Sequence record: NC_010583.1
DNA: 64,000 bases
Reading direction: 5' to 3' (one strand)
Source of the DNA: Escherichia phage Eps7
A model generated the notes under the pieces. The model had not been told where the DNA came from and did no database searches. It saw nothing but the letters and a program-made list of their open reading frames with translations. This document shows, piece by piece, positions 1 through 7,045 of the stretch (position 1 is its first letter; the number at the start of each line of letters is the position of its first letter). Position numbers and translations under genes: made by a program.

Positions 1-182
1 ATATACTCAGCTTGGATGTAATAATCAGGTACATGATCTTTTGGCAGATTCTTGTTAGTATCATGAACCTCAGCTCTAGCTTCTTCTTCAGAATCAAAAC
101 CACGATACCAGATTTCACCACCCCAGCCACGTTCACTTTCGGTATACTTAACAATGTGTTTCATAAGGTTTTCCTTATTAGT

Positions 183-272
183 TGGAGGAAGGTAATGGAG
201 TCGAACCATCACCATATCGCTACAGCGGGCAGGTTTTCAAGACCTGTTACATACCACTATGTCCTACCTTCC
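183..272 (-). tRNA. tRNA-Ser (anticodon UGA, type II; tentative)
   Basis: Reverse-complement T-arm (aatgg/agtcgaa/ccatc), acceptor halves ggaaggt/accttcc, anticodon hairpin caggt-tttcaag-acctg, long variable arm, encoded CCA (TGG 183-185). Confidence 0.6.
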
Positions 273-279
273 AGTTGTT

Positions 280-370
280 TGGCGGAAGAAGAGAGATTCG
301 AACTCTCAAGCCGTTTTACCAGTCAGCCACTTTCCAAGCGGTTTTCGTCACCTAATCGATTTGCTCTTCC
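280..370 (-). tRNA. tRNA, type II (possibly Ser, anticodon GGA)
   Basis: T-arm gagag/attcgaa/ctctc, acceptor ggaagaa/ctcttcc, long variable region, loop tttccaa in imperfect anticodon stem. Confidence 0.5.
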
Positions 371-544
371 GTAGATCTCAGGATTAAATCATAAACTTCA
401 TTAGCGGATACTGGAAGTATGAGATTATACATCTTTTGGTCATACCTCTGACCATACTCTATAAACACATACTCTTTAGTTAATGTATTAACAGCTAACC
501 AGATATCAGTTATAGGAGTTTTCATCATGAGTTAATCCAATGTT

Positions 545-625
545 TGGTAGGGATGGAGGGACTCGAACCCACACCCGAAGACTAGAATCTAAATCTAGCG
601 CGTCTGCCAATTTCGCCACATCCCC
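545..625 (-). tRNA. tRNA (anticodon UAG? Leu-like with short variable arm; uncertain)
   Basis: T-arm gaggg/actcgaa/cccac, acceptor agggatg/catcccc, perfect hairpin ctaga-atctaaa-tctag. Confidence 0.5.
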
Positions 626-632
626 ATTTTAT

Positions 633-851
633 TTAGTTAGAAATAAATAATAATCCCGCAACAATGGAACCTACGCCACTGAACACCATTATCAGCATAG
701 CTTCTAAGCTGATAAAGCGGACAGTATATGGAGCGCCCCAAGAATAATCAGTAAAGAAAGTTTTCTTTTCTTTAGCTAAATCTTTAACAGTTCTAAAATA
801 GATAGCTAGTGCTAAAGCTGCAAGAACTATAGAGGCTGCTAAGAATACCAT
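633..851 (-). CDS. small hydrophobic membrane protein (72 aa)
   Basis: ORF with two predicted TM-like hydrophobic stretches; position between tRNAs. Confidence 0.35.
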   Translation of the reverse strand: MVFLAASIVLAALALAIYFRTVKDLAKEKKTFFTDYSWGAPYTVRFISLEAMLIMVFSGVGSIVAGLLFISN

Positions 852-870
852 ATTATTTCCTTAATTTGTT

Positions 871-946
871 TGGTGGAGTCACTCAGAATTGAACTGAGTT
901 CCACTGCTTGCAAGGCAGTAAGTTTAACCAAATAACCTATGACCCC
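871..946 (-). tRNA. tRNA-Ala (anticodon UGC; tentative)
   Basis: T-arm ctcag/aattgaa/ctgag, acceptor ggagtca/tgacccc, anticodon hairpin actgc-ttgcaag-gcagt. Confidence 0.6.
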
Positions 947-952
947 GAATTT

Positions 953-1031
953 TGGTGGAGAATAACGGAATCGAACCGTTCTGATGTCCTCGGTGCAAGC
1001 GAGGTGTCCACTCCATGCAGACCCATTCCCC
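953..1031 (-). tRNA. tRNA (anticodon also reads UGC; identity uncertain)
   Basis: T-arm aacgg/aatcgaa/ccgtt, acceptor ggagaat/attcccc, hairpin cctcg-gtgcaag-cgagg; 7-nt variable loop. Confidence 0.5.
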
Positions 1032-1040
1032 AAAATTTAT

Positions 1041-1304
1041 TTATTCTCTATACATATCGAGAACAGTTGCTACAATCTGAGCTTCTAGCCTAGCAATATC
1101 TTTATTCACTATATCAGATTCTACTACTAAGTGATTATATATTGCTTCAGTTTTAGCAAGATCTACATCAGATAGTTTATTAAGACTATTATAATACTTA
1201 GCATTATTGCAACGTTTCTTCATATCGGAAACTCGTTTATGGAGTGTTCTTTGTTGATAACGTTGTGACATTAGTTTCTTAGCCATATCTTTCAGATCAA
1301 ACAT
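1041..1304 (-). CDS. hypothetical protein (87 aa)
   Basis: ORF downstream of a ~230-nt leader from the promoter cassette at 1545-1592. Confidence 0.4.
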   Translation of the reverse strand: MFDLKDMAKKLMSQRYQQRTLHKRVSDMKKRCNNAKYYNSLNKLSDVDLAKTEAIYNHLVVESDIVNKDIARLEAQIVATVLDMYRE

Positions 1305-1544
1305 GGATATTCCTTCTAGTTTACTAAGGCTATTAGCTCGGTGTGCGTATTACCCTCAGACATTAGCCAGTAGAGGATAATCGCTCTTCACAAACCCGAT
1401 ACACTATTCAGTTGCCGCTGAATCTAGCGGACTAATCTAGAACTTCTCCCGAGTCGTAGGGATCGTGCTTTTTTGGCAGCCAGTCCTAGGTCGAGCTAAT
1501 ACCTTAGTGAACTTTGATGAGGATTTCTCCTCATCAATTTATAT

Positions 1545-1592
1545 AAATATTATAACAAGAAATTAAGCATCAAGCAAGTACATTTTTAGCGA
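1545..1592 (-). promoter_or_regulatory. T5-type early promoter cassette (sigma70-like)
   Basis: On minus strand: A-rich UP, -35 CTTGCT, 17-nt spacer, -10 TATAAT, conserved leader ATTTATATAAATTGATGAGGAG. Confidence 0.55.
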
Positions 1593-1929
1593 TTTCTTGT
1601 AGTTCCTTAACGTCGCTAACGAAAAGGTAATCAGAGCTTCCAGAGTGCATACTCTGCATAACCACACCACCATCCGGTGCATCTTCTTTCAGTGTGATAC
1701 CTAACCAGAACTCGGCAAAACTAGGTGTTACCTCACCTTGACTTGCCTTGAACACATCGCCTTCTGTGATCTCTTGACCAGTGGAGAGTCCCATGTATGG
1801 TACGTTCAGATCAATATCTTTGTAGAACTCAGCTAGATCTTGCTCGAAATCCCAACCTTTAGAGATAGCGAACTCCATTGTTACATGACCGAAATAGCCT
1901 TGAACCTTGCTTGATAATTGCATTTGCAA
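1570..1929 (-). CDS. hypothetical protein (119 aa)
   Basis: ORF, protein-like composition. Confidence 0.5.
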   Translation of the reverse strand: MQMQLSSKVQGYFGHVTMEFAISKGWDFEQDLAEFYKDIDLNVPYMGLSTGQEITEGDVFKASQGEVTPSFAEFWLGITLKEDAPDGGVVMQSMHSGSSDYLFVSDVKELQEIAKNVLA

Positions 1930-1948
1930 TTCCTTATTTTGAGTTAAT

Positions 1949-2021
1949 TGGTACTCGGTGATAGAATCGAACTATCGCAACCGCCGTGTAAAGACGGGGT
2001 TCTCCCATTAAACTAACCGAG
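1949..2021 (-). tRNA. tRNA-Val (anticodon UAC; tentative)
   Basis: T-arm gatag/aatcgaa/ctatc, acceptor actcggt/accgagc, anticodon arm ccgcc-gtgtaaa-gacgg. Confidence 0.55.
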
Positions 2022-2026
2022 CAATT

Positions 2027-2104
2027 TGGTGGATTGCCTGGGATTCGAACCCAGAACTGACGGATTAAAGGTCCGCTACTCTTATCCAGTTGAGCTAGCA
2101 ATCC
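2027..2104 (-). tRNA. tRNA (anticodon not resolved; possibly Lys UUU)
   Basis: T-arm ctggg/attcgaa/cccag, acceptor ggattgc/gcaatcc perfect; anticodon arm ambiguous. Confidence 0.5.
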
Positions 2105-2490
2105 AATTTTTCTACTAATAATTTAAAAGCATCTAGTACAGGTACTTCAAACCATTCTCCAGATACTCTATAATCTTTAAGAAGATTATGTAATTCTTTC
2201 TCTGTACGTCTTTTATCCGACGAAAATCTGAAATGGTATAGCTTGTAGTCTCTATTAGGTGAATAAGTTTGATAACTTGTTAACCTCTCATTCACATCTA
2301 TAGTCATACCTATTTTATACATGCCTGGCCATGCTGGATTACCAATTACATATACAAAACCTTCCGTTATAGGTATTTTATGCTCCCTTTTATACTTTAA
2401 GAGATTTAAGGCTGCCATTCGATAACAGAATCTAAACTCTGAAGTTTTTAACTTACCTTCTTTACCTGAAATTTCGTTATATTTGCTCAT
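2095..2490 (-). CDS. GIY-YIG-like (T5orf172-type) domain protein
   Basis: Motifs GFVYVIGNP...YKIGMT...R...Y...E resemble the GIY-YIG/T5orf172 nuclease fold; embedded in tRNA cluster. Confidence 0.5.
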   Translation of the reverse strand: MSKYNEISGKEGKLKTSEFRFCYRMAALNLLKYKREHKIPITEGFVYVIGNPAWPGMYKIGMTIDVNERLTSYQTYSPNRDYKLYHFRFSSDKRRTEKELHNLLKDYRVSGEWFEVPVLDAFKLLVEKLDC

Positions 2491-2556
2491 ATAAGCTCTT
2501 ATGAGCTTATCATCTATAATGAAGTTATCAGGAAGGTTTAAGGCAGCTAAAAACTT

Positions 2557-2721
2557 TATTAATTAGCATAGACTTCCTTAATAGAATAAACTTTTAAGTT
2601 AAGGTGATTAATACCAAATTCCGCCATCACTTCGTTTTCATCTTTACCGTAATGGGCTAGTGGATACTTCTTACGATCTTTGCTAGAACGTAGATCACTT
2701 ACTTTTAAACGAAATAATTTC
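2557..2721 (-). CDS. hypothetical small protein (54 aa)
   Basis: ATG-initiated ORF MKLFRLKVSDLRS... found by manual translation; below the 60-aa ORF-track cutoff. Confidence 0.3.
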
Positions 2722-2743
2722 ATTTCGAAATCCTTCTATTAAA

Positions 2744-2820
2744 TTGGAAGCGGGTGCAGGAATCGAACCTACCTCTTTCTAGCTTATGAGACTAGCGATC
2801 TCTACCAGAGATCTAACCCG
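2744..2820 (-). tRNA. tRNA with CAU anticodon (Met or Ile-lysidine; tentative)
   Basis: T-arm gcagg/aatcgaa/cctac, acceptor agcgggt/acccgca, anticodon arm ctagc-ttatgag-actag. Confidence 0.55.
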
Positions 2821-2827
2821 CAATTGT

Positions 2828-2906
2828 TTGGTCTCCGTGGGAGGATTTGAACCCCCCGACCCTATCGCCCCAAACGAAACGCTCTGGCCAAACTGAGCTA
2901 CACGGA
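2828..2906 (-). tRNA. tRNA-Pro (anticodon UGG; tentative)
   Basis: T-arm ggagg/atttgaa/ccccc, acceptor ctccgtg/cacggag perfect, D-arm gctc...gagc, loop ccccaaa. Confidence 0.55.
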
Positions 2907-2934
2907 GAATATTCTTTGTTAACTCACTTTATAA

Positions 2935-2992
2935 ATATATTATACAGAGAATTAAGCTAAATAGCAACTACATTTTTAATAAATTTACTTAT
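2935..2992 (-). promoter_or_regulatory. T5-type early promoter cassette driving tRNAs at 2744-2906
   Basis: RC shows -35 GTTGCT, spacer, -10 TATAAT, conserved leader; tRNA begins about 30 nt downstream. Confidence 0.55.
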
Positions 2993-3212
2993 TAGGTAAG
3001 TCACCGAGCTATCAACTCATGCTAGCGAAAGTTTGCGAGACCTTCTTTAAGTACTAGAACACACCCGCCGATGTGTCGGACTTACTTAATAAGTAAACTT
3101 TCGTTTACTTACACCTACCTGGTCGGGAGGATTTTCAGCGACTAGAACCGGCCGGAAACTCATCGCCTTGTTTATCTAGGAGTCCGTTCTCTAGGAAGCA
3201 GAAACCTAAATT

Positions 3213-3287
3213 TGGTGCGGTCGGAGGGAATCGAACCCTCAACTTCTGGTTGGCAACCAAAAAATTATACCTTTTAACTACGAACGC
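3213..3287 (-). tRNA. tRNA-Gly (anticodon GCC; tentative)
   Basis: T-arm gaggg/aatcgaa/ccctc, acceptor gcggtcg/cgaacgc, anticodon arm tctgg-ttggcaa-ccaaa. Confidence 0.55.
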
Positions 3288-3295
3288 ATAATAAG

Positions 3296-3500
3296 TCAAT
3301 CTAGGCAGGACTTGAACCTGCTATCACTTGTGCGGATTTACGAGAACCATTCTTTCACTCGAATCGAACGAGCTTCTACCCTCGGCAAGCTGGTGTCCCC
3401 TCTCCACCACGCTAGAATGATAATTAATGCCTGCTCCTTTGAATCAAGAAGTCCACCCCGGACTTTGGGTCTTTGCAGTACATCACGCTGCTCTGATGTT
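3296..3500 (-). other. tRNA-like elements (T-arm hairpins without complete cloverleaf); possible tRNA pseudogenes or small ncRNA
   Basis: Two strong T-arm-like hairpins (gcagg-acttgaa-cctgc at 3306-3322; actcg-aatcgaa-cgagc at 3357-3373) but no matching acceptor stem found by eye. Confidence 0.3.
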
Positions 3501-3576
3501 TGGTACACCCACTAGGACTTGAACCTAGAACCCTCCGCTTAAGAGGCGGTAGCTCTAACCATTGAGCTATGGATGT
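3501..3576 (-). tRNA. tRNA (possibly Lys, anticodon CUU)
   Basis: T-arm ctagg/acttgaa/cctag perfect, D-arm gctc...gagc, acceptor acaccca/tggatgt, loop ttaagag. Confidence 0.5.
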
Positions 3577-3654
3577 ATTATTATGTTTTGCAGTGCTCTA
3601 AATATAGACACTTCCCACGCGGTGGTTATCTATACCAGCGTCCTGCAAAAATTG

Positions 3655-3731
3655 GCGCGACCGATGGGATTCGAACCCACATTTTCTCCCGTGACAGGGG
3701 AGTACCATTACCAAGCCAGCCCCGATCGCAT
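3655..3731 (-). tRNA. tRNA-Asp (anticodon GUC)
   Basis: T-arm atggg/attcgaa/cccac, acceptor gcgaccg/cgatcgc, perfect anticodon arm ctccc-gtgacag-gggag. Confidence 0.65.
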
Positions 3732-3752
3732 AATTTATTTACTCAGTTTTGA

Positions 3753-3936
3753 GTTTTTCGATAGCTTCCTCAACCTCTTTTAGAGCTTCACGACGGGCAT
3801 TCTGTTGCTGCATATCTTGAATTAATGTCAGTTTTTGTTTTTAATTTCTTGATCCCAAACCTTAATATTATTAATCAGACTATCACGATCAGCTTCTAGT
3901 CGAGCAATTGCACGAGTTGTCATATCTATTTCCTCA
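3753..3936 (-). CDS. hypothetical small coiled-coil protein (about 60 aa, apparent frameshift)
   Basis: Two short adjacent ORFs (MTTRAIARLEADRD... and ...MQQQNARREALKEVEEAIEKLKTE) join across an A5CA5 tract; manual translation only. Confidence 0.25.
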
Positions 3937-4025
3937 GTTATTAATGAAAATGGTATCTGTGACTGAATTCAATATCAGTAATGATAGCTGGTTGGCTACC
4001 GGTTTACTTAACTCTACACAGAATA

Positions 4026-4108
4026 TGGCGGGCCGTGTAGGATTCGAACCTACGTTGTCTTTCGACATGGATTAACAGTCCACCGCCAAACCGCTTGGCT
4101 AACGACCC
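4026..4108 (-). tRNA. tRNA with 13-nt variable arm; anticodon reads GUU (Asn?)
   Basis: T-arm gtagg/attcgaa/cctac perfect, acceptor gggccgt/acgaccc, anticodon arm atgga-ttaacag-tccac, variable hairpin gtc-tttc-gac. Confidence 0.5.
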
Positions 4109-4115
4109 TAAAATT

Positions 4116-4191
4116 TGGACGACCGCATGAGATTCGAACTCACATAAGGAGGTTTTGCAGGCCTCCGCCTAAGCCATTCAGCCAACGGTCG
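4116..4191 (-). tRNA. tRNA-Cys (anticodon GCA; tentative)
   Basis: T-arm atgag/attcgaa/ctcac, acceptor cgaccgc/acggtcg, anticodon arm gaggt-tttgcag-gcctc. Confidence 0.55.
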
Positions 4192-4369
4192 AGTTATCTT
4201 GCTTTTCGAGATTAGTAAACTCTAGATCTTTAGAATGTCCTATAGATCTAGCATAATAGCCATCTCCAGCATCATAGCCTGACTTACCACACTCACACAT
4301 CTTAAACTCTCTATAACGAGTGAAAATATGTTCAGAACCACAACACTTAAATTTAACTAACATTTTCAT
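4178..4369 (-). CDS. Cys-rich small protein (63 aa), putative zinc ribbon
   Basis: KFKCCGSEH...CECGKSG cysteine pattern; 3' end overlaps tRNA by about 14 nt. Confidence 0.4.
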   Translation of the reverse strand: MKMLVKFKCCGSEHIFTRYREFKMCECGKSGYDAGDGYYARSIGHSKDLEFTNLEKQDNSTVG

Positions 4370-4608
4370 TTAACACGCTCCGGTAAATCTTCGAGTTTAT
4401 ATTGAGTAGCCACATTAGCAGCATCTAGTAACAAACCCATATGTTTAAGAATCCTAGTGATAGCTTCGCCTTCTGCTTCTTCTACAAAAGTGCGTAGTTG
4501 AATGAAGTCAATACCACCATCCATACCAGAGAAAATGTTAAGTAAGCGAAGCATTACCAGCTTACGTTCTTTTAATTCTTGTTCTGCCATGTTGCTTCTC
4601 CAGTTCAA
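4366..4608 (-). CDS. hypothetical protein (80 aa)
   Basis: ORF directly downstream of promoter cassette 4625-4672; ATGA overlap with next gene. Confidence 0.45.
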   Translation of the reverse strand: MNWRSNMAEQELKERKLVMLRLLNIFSGMDGGIDFIQLRTFVEEAEGEAITRILKHMGLLLDAANVATQYKLEDLPERVK

Positions 4609-4624
4609 TTTATGTAATAATTAT

Positions 4625-4672
4625 ACAGAACTTTAAGGATTTAAGCAACTACATTTTTCAGAAATTTGATGC
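4625..4672 (-). promoter_or_regulatory. T5-type early promoter cassette
   Basis: RC: -35 GTTGCT, -10 TATAAT, conserved leader. Confidence 0.5.
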
Positions 4673-4928
4673 CTTTCTTTTTCTTCTTATACTTCCACGT
4701 TAATGGATTCTGTCGATTATGAACGCTTGAGATCTTTGTCTCGTCAAATTTCTTCAATACCATGTAATCACACGCCAACTGCTCTAGTGGAATGGTTTCT
4801 CCATCAAAAGCATAAACATAAGGCTGTTGACTAGCACGATAATGATAGACTTTGTTAACTCTACGTTTCAGCGACTTATCCGCGCAGTAAATAAAGAAGT
4901 TTTCAGGATGCATCAGCATCTCCTTCAA
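4641..4928 (-). CDS. hypothetical protein (95 aa)
   Basis: ORF; lysine-rich C-terminus overlaps the downstream promoter cassette. Confidence 0.4.
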   Translation of the reverse strand: MKEMLMHPENFFIYCADKSLKRRVNKVYHYRASQQPYVYAFDGETIPLEQLACDYMVLKKFDETKISSVHNRQNPLTWKYKKKKKGIKFLKNVVA

Positions 4929-5011
4929 ATTGGTGCAACCTGTACGTAACGATCGTACCTCTTCTCCTTTTCAGGGAGACGCTAATCCATCTCAGCTAAA
5001 GTCGCAAATAT

Positions 5012-5088
5012 TGGCAAACCTACTAGGACTCGAACCTAGACCGTACGGTTTTGGAGACCGACATGCTGTCCAGTAACACTCTAGGAAT
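5012..5088 (-). tRNA. tRNA-Trp (anticodon CCA; tentative)
   Basis: T-arm ctagg/actcgaa/cctag perfect, anticodon arm acggt-tttggag-accga; acceptor pairing imperfect. Confidence 0.5.
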
Positions 5089-5096
5089 GCAGAAAT

Positions 5097-5172
5097 TGGC
5101 GTCCTGTGCGGGGATCGAACCCGCAAATCCTACCTTGAAAGGGTAGTGACTTTACCAGTTTGTCTAACAGGA
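5097..5172 (-). tRNA. tRNA-Glu (anticodon UUC)
   Basis: T-arm gcggg/gatcgaa/cccgc, acceptor gtcctgt/acaggac perfect, anticodon arm ctacc-ttgaaag-ggtag perfect. Confidence 0.65.
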
Positions 5173-5180
5173 CTTAAATT

Positions 5181-5271
5181 TGGTGTTGGATGATGGAGTC
5201 GAACCACCCGAGACCCTTCCGAGTCGGCAGATTTACAGTCTGCTTCGCTACCTCTACGATACTAATCCAAC
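5181..5271 (-). tRNA. tRNA-Tyr (anticodon GUA, type II)
   Basis: T-arm gatgg/agtcgaa/ccacc, acceptor gttggat/atccaac perfect, anticodon arm gcaga-tttacag-tctgc perfect, long variable arm. Confidence 0.65.
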
Positions 5272-5416
5272 ATATTTGAATGAAAAATAAGTCGGTTAAA
5301 CTCAAGGTGGAATATTTCAGGAAATCCTGACTTTACCCCTAAAAGCAACTCGCTTAGTTACTTCTCATTCAGATATGTTTTCCAAATTAGATAACTATTA
5401 TATCAAGTTTTGAAGG

Positions 5417-5452
5417 ACTGAGCAAGTCAAATTTTAAAGAACTTGCTCAGTG
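5417..5452 (-). terminator. intrinsic terminator hairpin (11-bp stem)
   Basis: actgagcaagt ... acttgctcagt inverted repeat immediately downstream of the 5462-5737 gene. Confidence 0.45.
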
Positions 5453-5461
5453 CTATATCAG

Positions 5462-5737
5462 TTACTCGAAGCTAGGAGTGACACTCAGTTTGAATGGAAG
5501 CTCGAACACTTCTTCATAATCATCATTGAGCGTAATTACACGACCTTCTAGCTTAGTCATGGTGATTTCGATATCAGCCTCTGCATCAGGAGCCATACCA
5601 GCTTCCACACATTTAGCTTTGACTTCCGGCAGAAGTTCTACATCGTAGAAATAAAGCCATTCAATCTCACCTTCCCAGCCACCCCAGGATTTACAAACAG
5701 CACTTTCAACACCAGTTGCAGTAACACGTTTTGACAT
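5462..5737 (-). CDS. hypothetical protein (91 aa)
   Basis: ORF downstream of promoter cassette 5775-5815. Confidence 0.5.
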   Translation of the reverse strand: MSKRVTATGVESAVCKSWGGWEGEIEWLYFYDVELLPEVKAKCVEAGMAPDAEADIEITMTKLEGRVITLNDDYEEVFELPFKLSVTPSFE

Positions 5738-5774
5738 TCGTTAACTCCTTCATCAATTTATATAACTATTATAG

Positions 5775-5815
5775 CAGAAATCTTAAGTAAAAAGCAAGTA
5801 CATTTTTAAAATTTC
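5775..5815 (-). promoter_or_regulatory. T5-type early promoter cassette
   Basis: RC: -35 CTTGCT, -10 TATAAT, conserved leader. Confidence 0.5.
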
Positions 5816-5827
5816 TGCTTGGAGGAG

Positions 5828-6034
5828 TTAAACTCCTGATTCTTCAGCCAGATCAAGCCCAACCAACGTGATTGCCATAATAGCCGCGCCATGTTCTTTC
5901 TCTCCTAGCTCTTTGGCTTGAGTGAGAATATTTAGGAACTGCTTTTGAAAATCTGCAACTTCTTCTGTCATGCCTGCTTCAGCAATAATTCCTTTCAGCA
6001 TAAAGCGTTGTGCCGTAATTTCAGGATTAGCCAT
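5828..6034 (-). CDS. hypothetical protein (68 aa)
   Basis: ORF. Confidence 0.45.
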   Translation of the reverse strand: MANPEITAQRFMLKGIIAEAGMTEEVADFQKQFLNILTQAKELGEKEHGAAIMAITLVGLDLAEESGV

Positions 6035-6185
6035 TTATTATCTCCAGTTATTTAGAATGTAAGCCAAACTTAGGATCATAGCGATCGTAAGTCGTACCAT
6101 TAGTTGAAGCCTTGATGCTATGAAAACGACAGTACATAAATTTACGTAGTGCTTTCTTAATAGCTTTCATTTTATTTCCTTAATT

Positions 6186-6262
6186 TGGTAGGGGTGGTGG
6201 GATTCGAACCCACAAAACCTGAATTTTAAGTCCAGTACCTATGCCAATTCGATTACACCCCC
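6186..6262 (-). tRNA. tRNA (anticodon reads UAA, Leu-like but type I; uncertain)
   Basis: T-arm gtggg/attcgaa/cccac perfect, acceptor aggggtg/caccccc, anticodon arm ctgaa-ttttaag-tccag. Confidence 0.5.
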
Positions 6263-6280
6263 ATGTAATCTTAGCGAATC

Positions 6281-6603
6281 TCTAAACCCTGGAAATATCG
6301 AGGGAATGGAGAGCCAACTTCAAAATTGATGCCCCAATTAAGTTCAACGAGTTCAGATTTATTAAGATCTAGGCCATTACCTTCAAAGATATAGCCGTAA
6401 ACCGCAGGGAACATAGCTGCTAGATCTTCCATATCGGAATGAGCATTGTGTTCTTCACGGAACTGCTCAACTCTTCAATAGAACTTTTCTAGGAGACTCA
6501 GGTACGATGAACGTTACCACATCAGTAGAATCATCGGTACGATACACCGTAGCTTGGAACAAGCCAACACCTAAAAGGTTTATTGCCGGAGTAGTAAAAA
6601 TAT
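6281..6603 (-). CDS. hypothetical protein (about 107 aa, apparent +1 frameshift near 6470)
   Basis: Two sub-threshold ORFs (MDIFTTPAINLLG... and ...EQFREEHNAHSDMEDLAAMFPAVYGYIFEGNGLDL...) in adjacent frames. Confidence 0.3.
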
Positions 6604-6608
6604 CCATC

Positions 6609-6794
6609 TTAGCCTCGCTCAATGTCTAGACAAATTGCATATTCAGGGTTGATACCAGTACCTTTACATGTAGGACATTCCCATTCTCTACAGAAAATAT
6701 CCCCAGGTTCTGCATCATCCTGCCTACCACTACCATGACAGTCCTTACACCGACATTCTTCTAATGCTTTCTTCATTTCATAGAATCTAGACAT
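6609..6794 (-). CDS. DnaJ-type zinc-finger mini-protein (61 aa)
   Basis: Two CxxCxGxG motifs (CKDCHGSG, CPTCKGTG) plus additional Cys pairs. Confidence 0.45.
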   Translation of the reverse strand: MSRFYEMKKALEECRCKDCHGSGRQDDAEPGDIFCREWECPTCKGTGINPEYAICLDIERG

Positions 6795-6811
6795 ATAGTC
6801 TCCTAGTTAAT

Positions 6812-6889
6812 TGGTGGCTCCCGGAGGATTCGAACCTACCTACCTTTCGCTTATGAGGCGACGGCTCATACCAAATGAGCTTGAGAACC
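6812..6889 (-). tRNA. tRNA with CAU anticodon (Met or Ile-lysidine; tentative)
   Basis: T-arm ggagg/attcgaa/cctac, D-arm gctc...gagc, anticodon arm ttcgc-ttatgag-gcgac. Confidence 0.55.
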
Positions 6890-6894
6890 AAATT

Positions 6895-6988
6895 TGGAGG
6901 AAGATGCCAGATTCGAACTGGCACACCGTGTCTCCACAGCTACTGGCTGTTTAGCAAACAGCTCCCTTACCTTTAGGGTTAATCTTCC
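6895..6988 (-). tRNA. tRNA-Ser (anticodon GCU, type II)
   Basis: T-arm gccag/attcgaa/ctggc perfect, acceptor ggaagat/atcttcc perfect, anticodon arm gctgt-ttagcaa-acagc perfect, long variable arm. Confidence 0.65.
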
Positions 6989-6999
6989 GAATTTATGAA

Positions 7000-7045
7000 T
7001 ATATTATACAGAAAATTTCGGCATTAAGCAAGTGAAATTTTACTG
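7000..7045 (-). promoter_or_regulatory. T5-type early promoter cassette driving tRNAs at 6812-6988
   Basis: RC: -35 CTTGCT, -10 TATAAT, conserved leader. Confidence 0.5.

Noticed and set aside
12-374. Plus-strand ORF of 120 aa
   Set aside because: Lies antisense across two well-formed minus-strand tRNA genes (183-272, 280-370); composition not protein-like.
908-1093. Plus-strand ORF of 61 aa
   Set aside because: Overlaps the tRNAs at 871-946 and 953-1031 on the opposite strand.
2059-2076. Possible ochre-suppressor anticodon (UUA) in the tRNA at 2027-2104
   Set aside because: That register requires an anticodon stem with several mismatches; the alternative register (UUU) folds better, though with an unusual C at position 33.
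3447-3466. RNase P-like motif AAAGTCCGGG on the minus strand
   Set aside because: Only a 10-nt match to the conserved RNase P region; flanking sequence is too short and lacks other RNase P helices.
3312-3783. Plus-strand ORFs 3312-3515 and 3562-3783
   Set aside because: Overlap tRNA and tRNA-like elements on the minus strand; no promoter or RBS.
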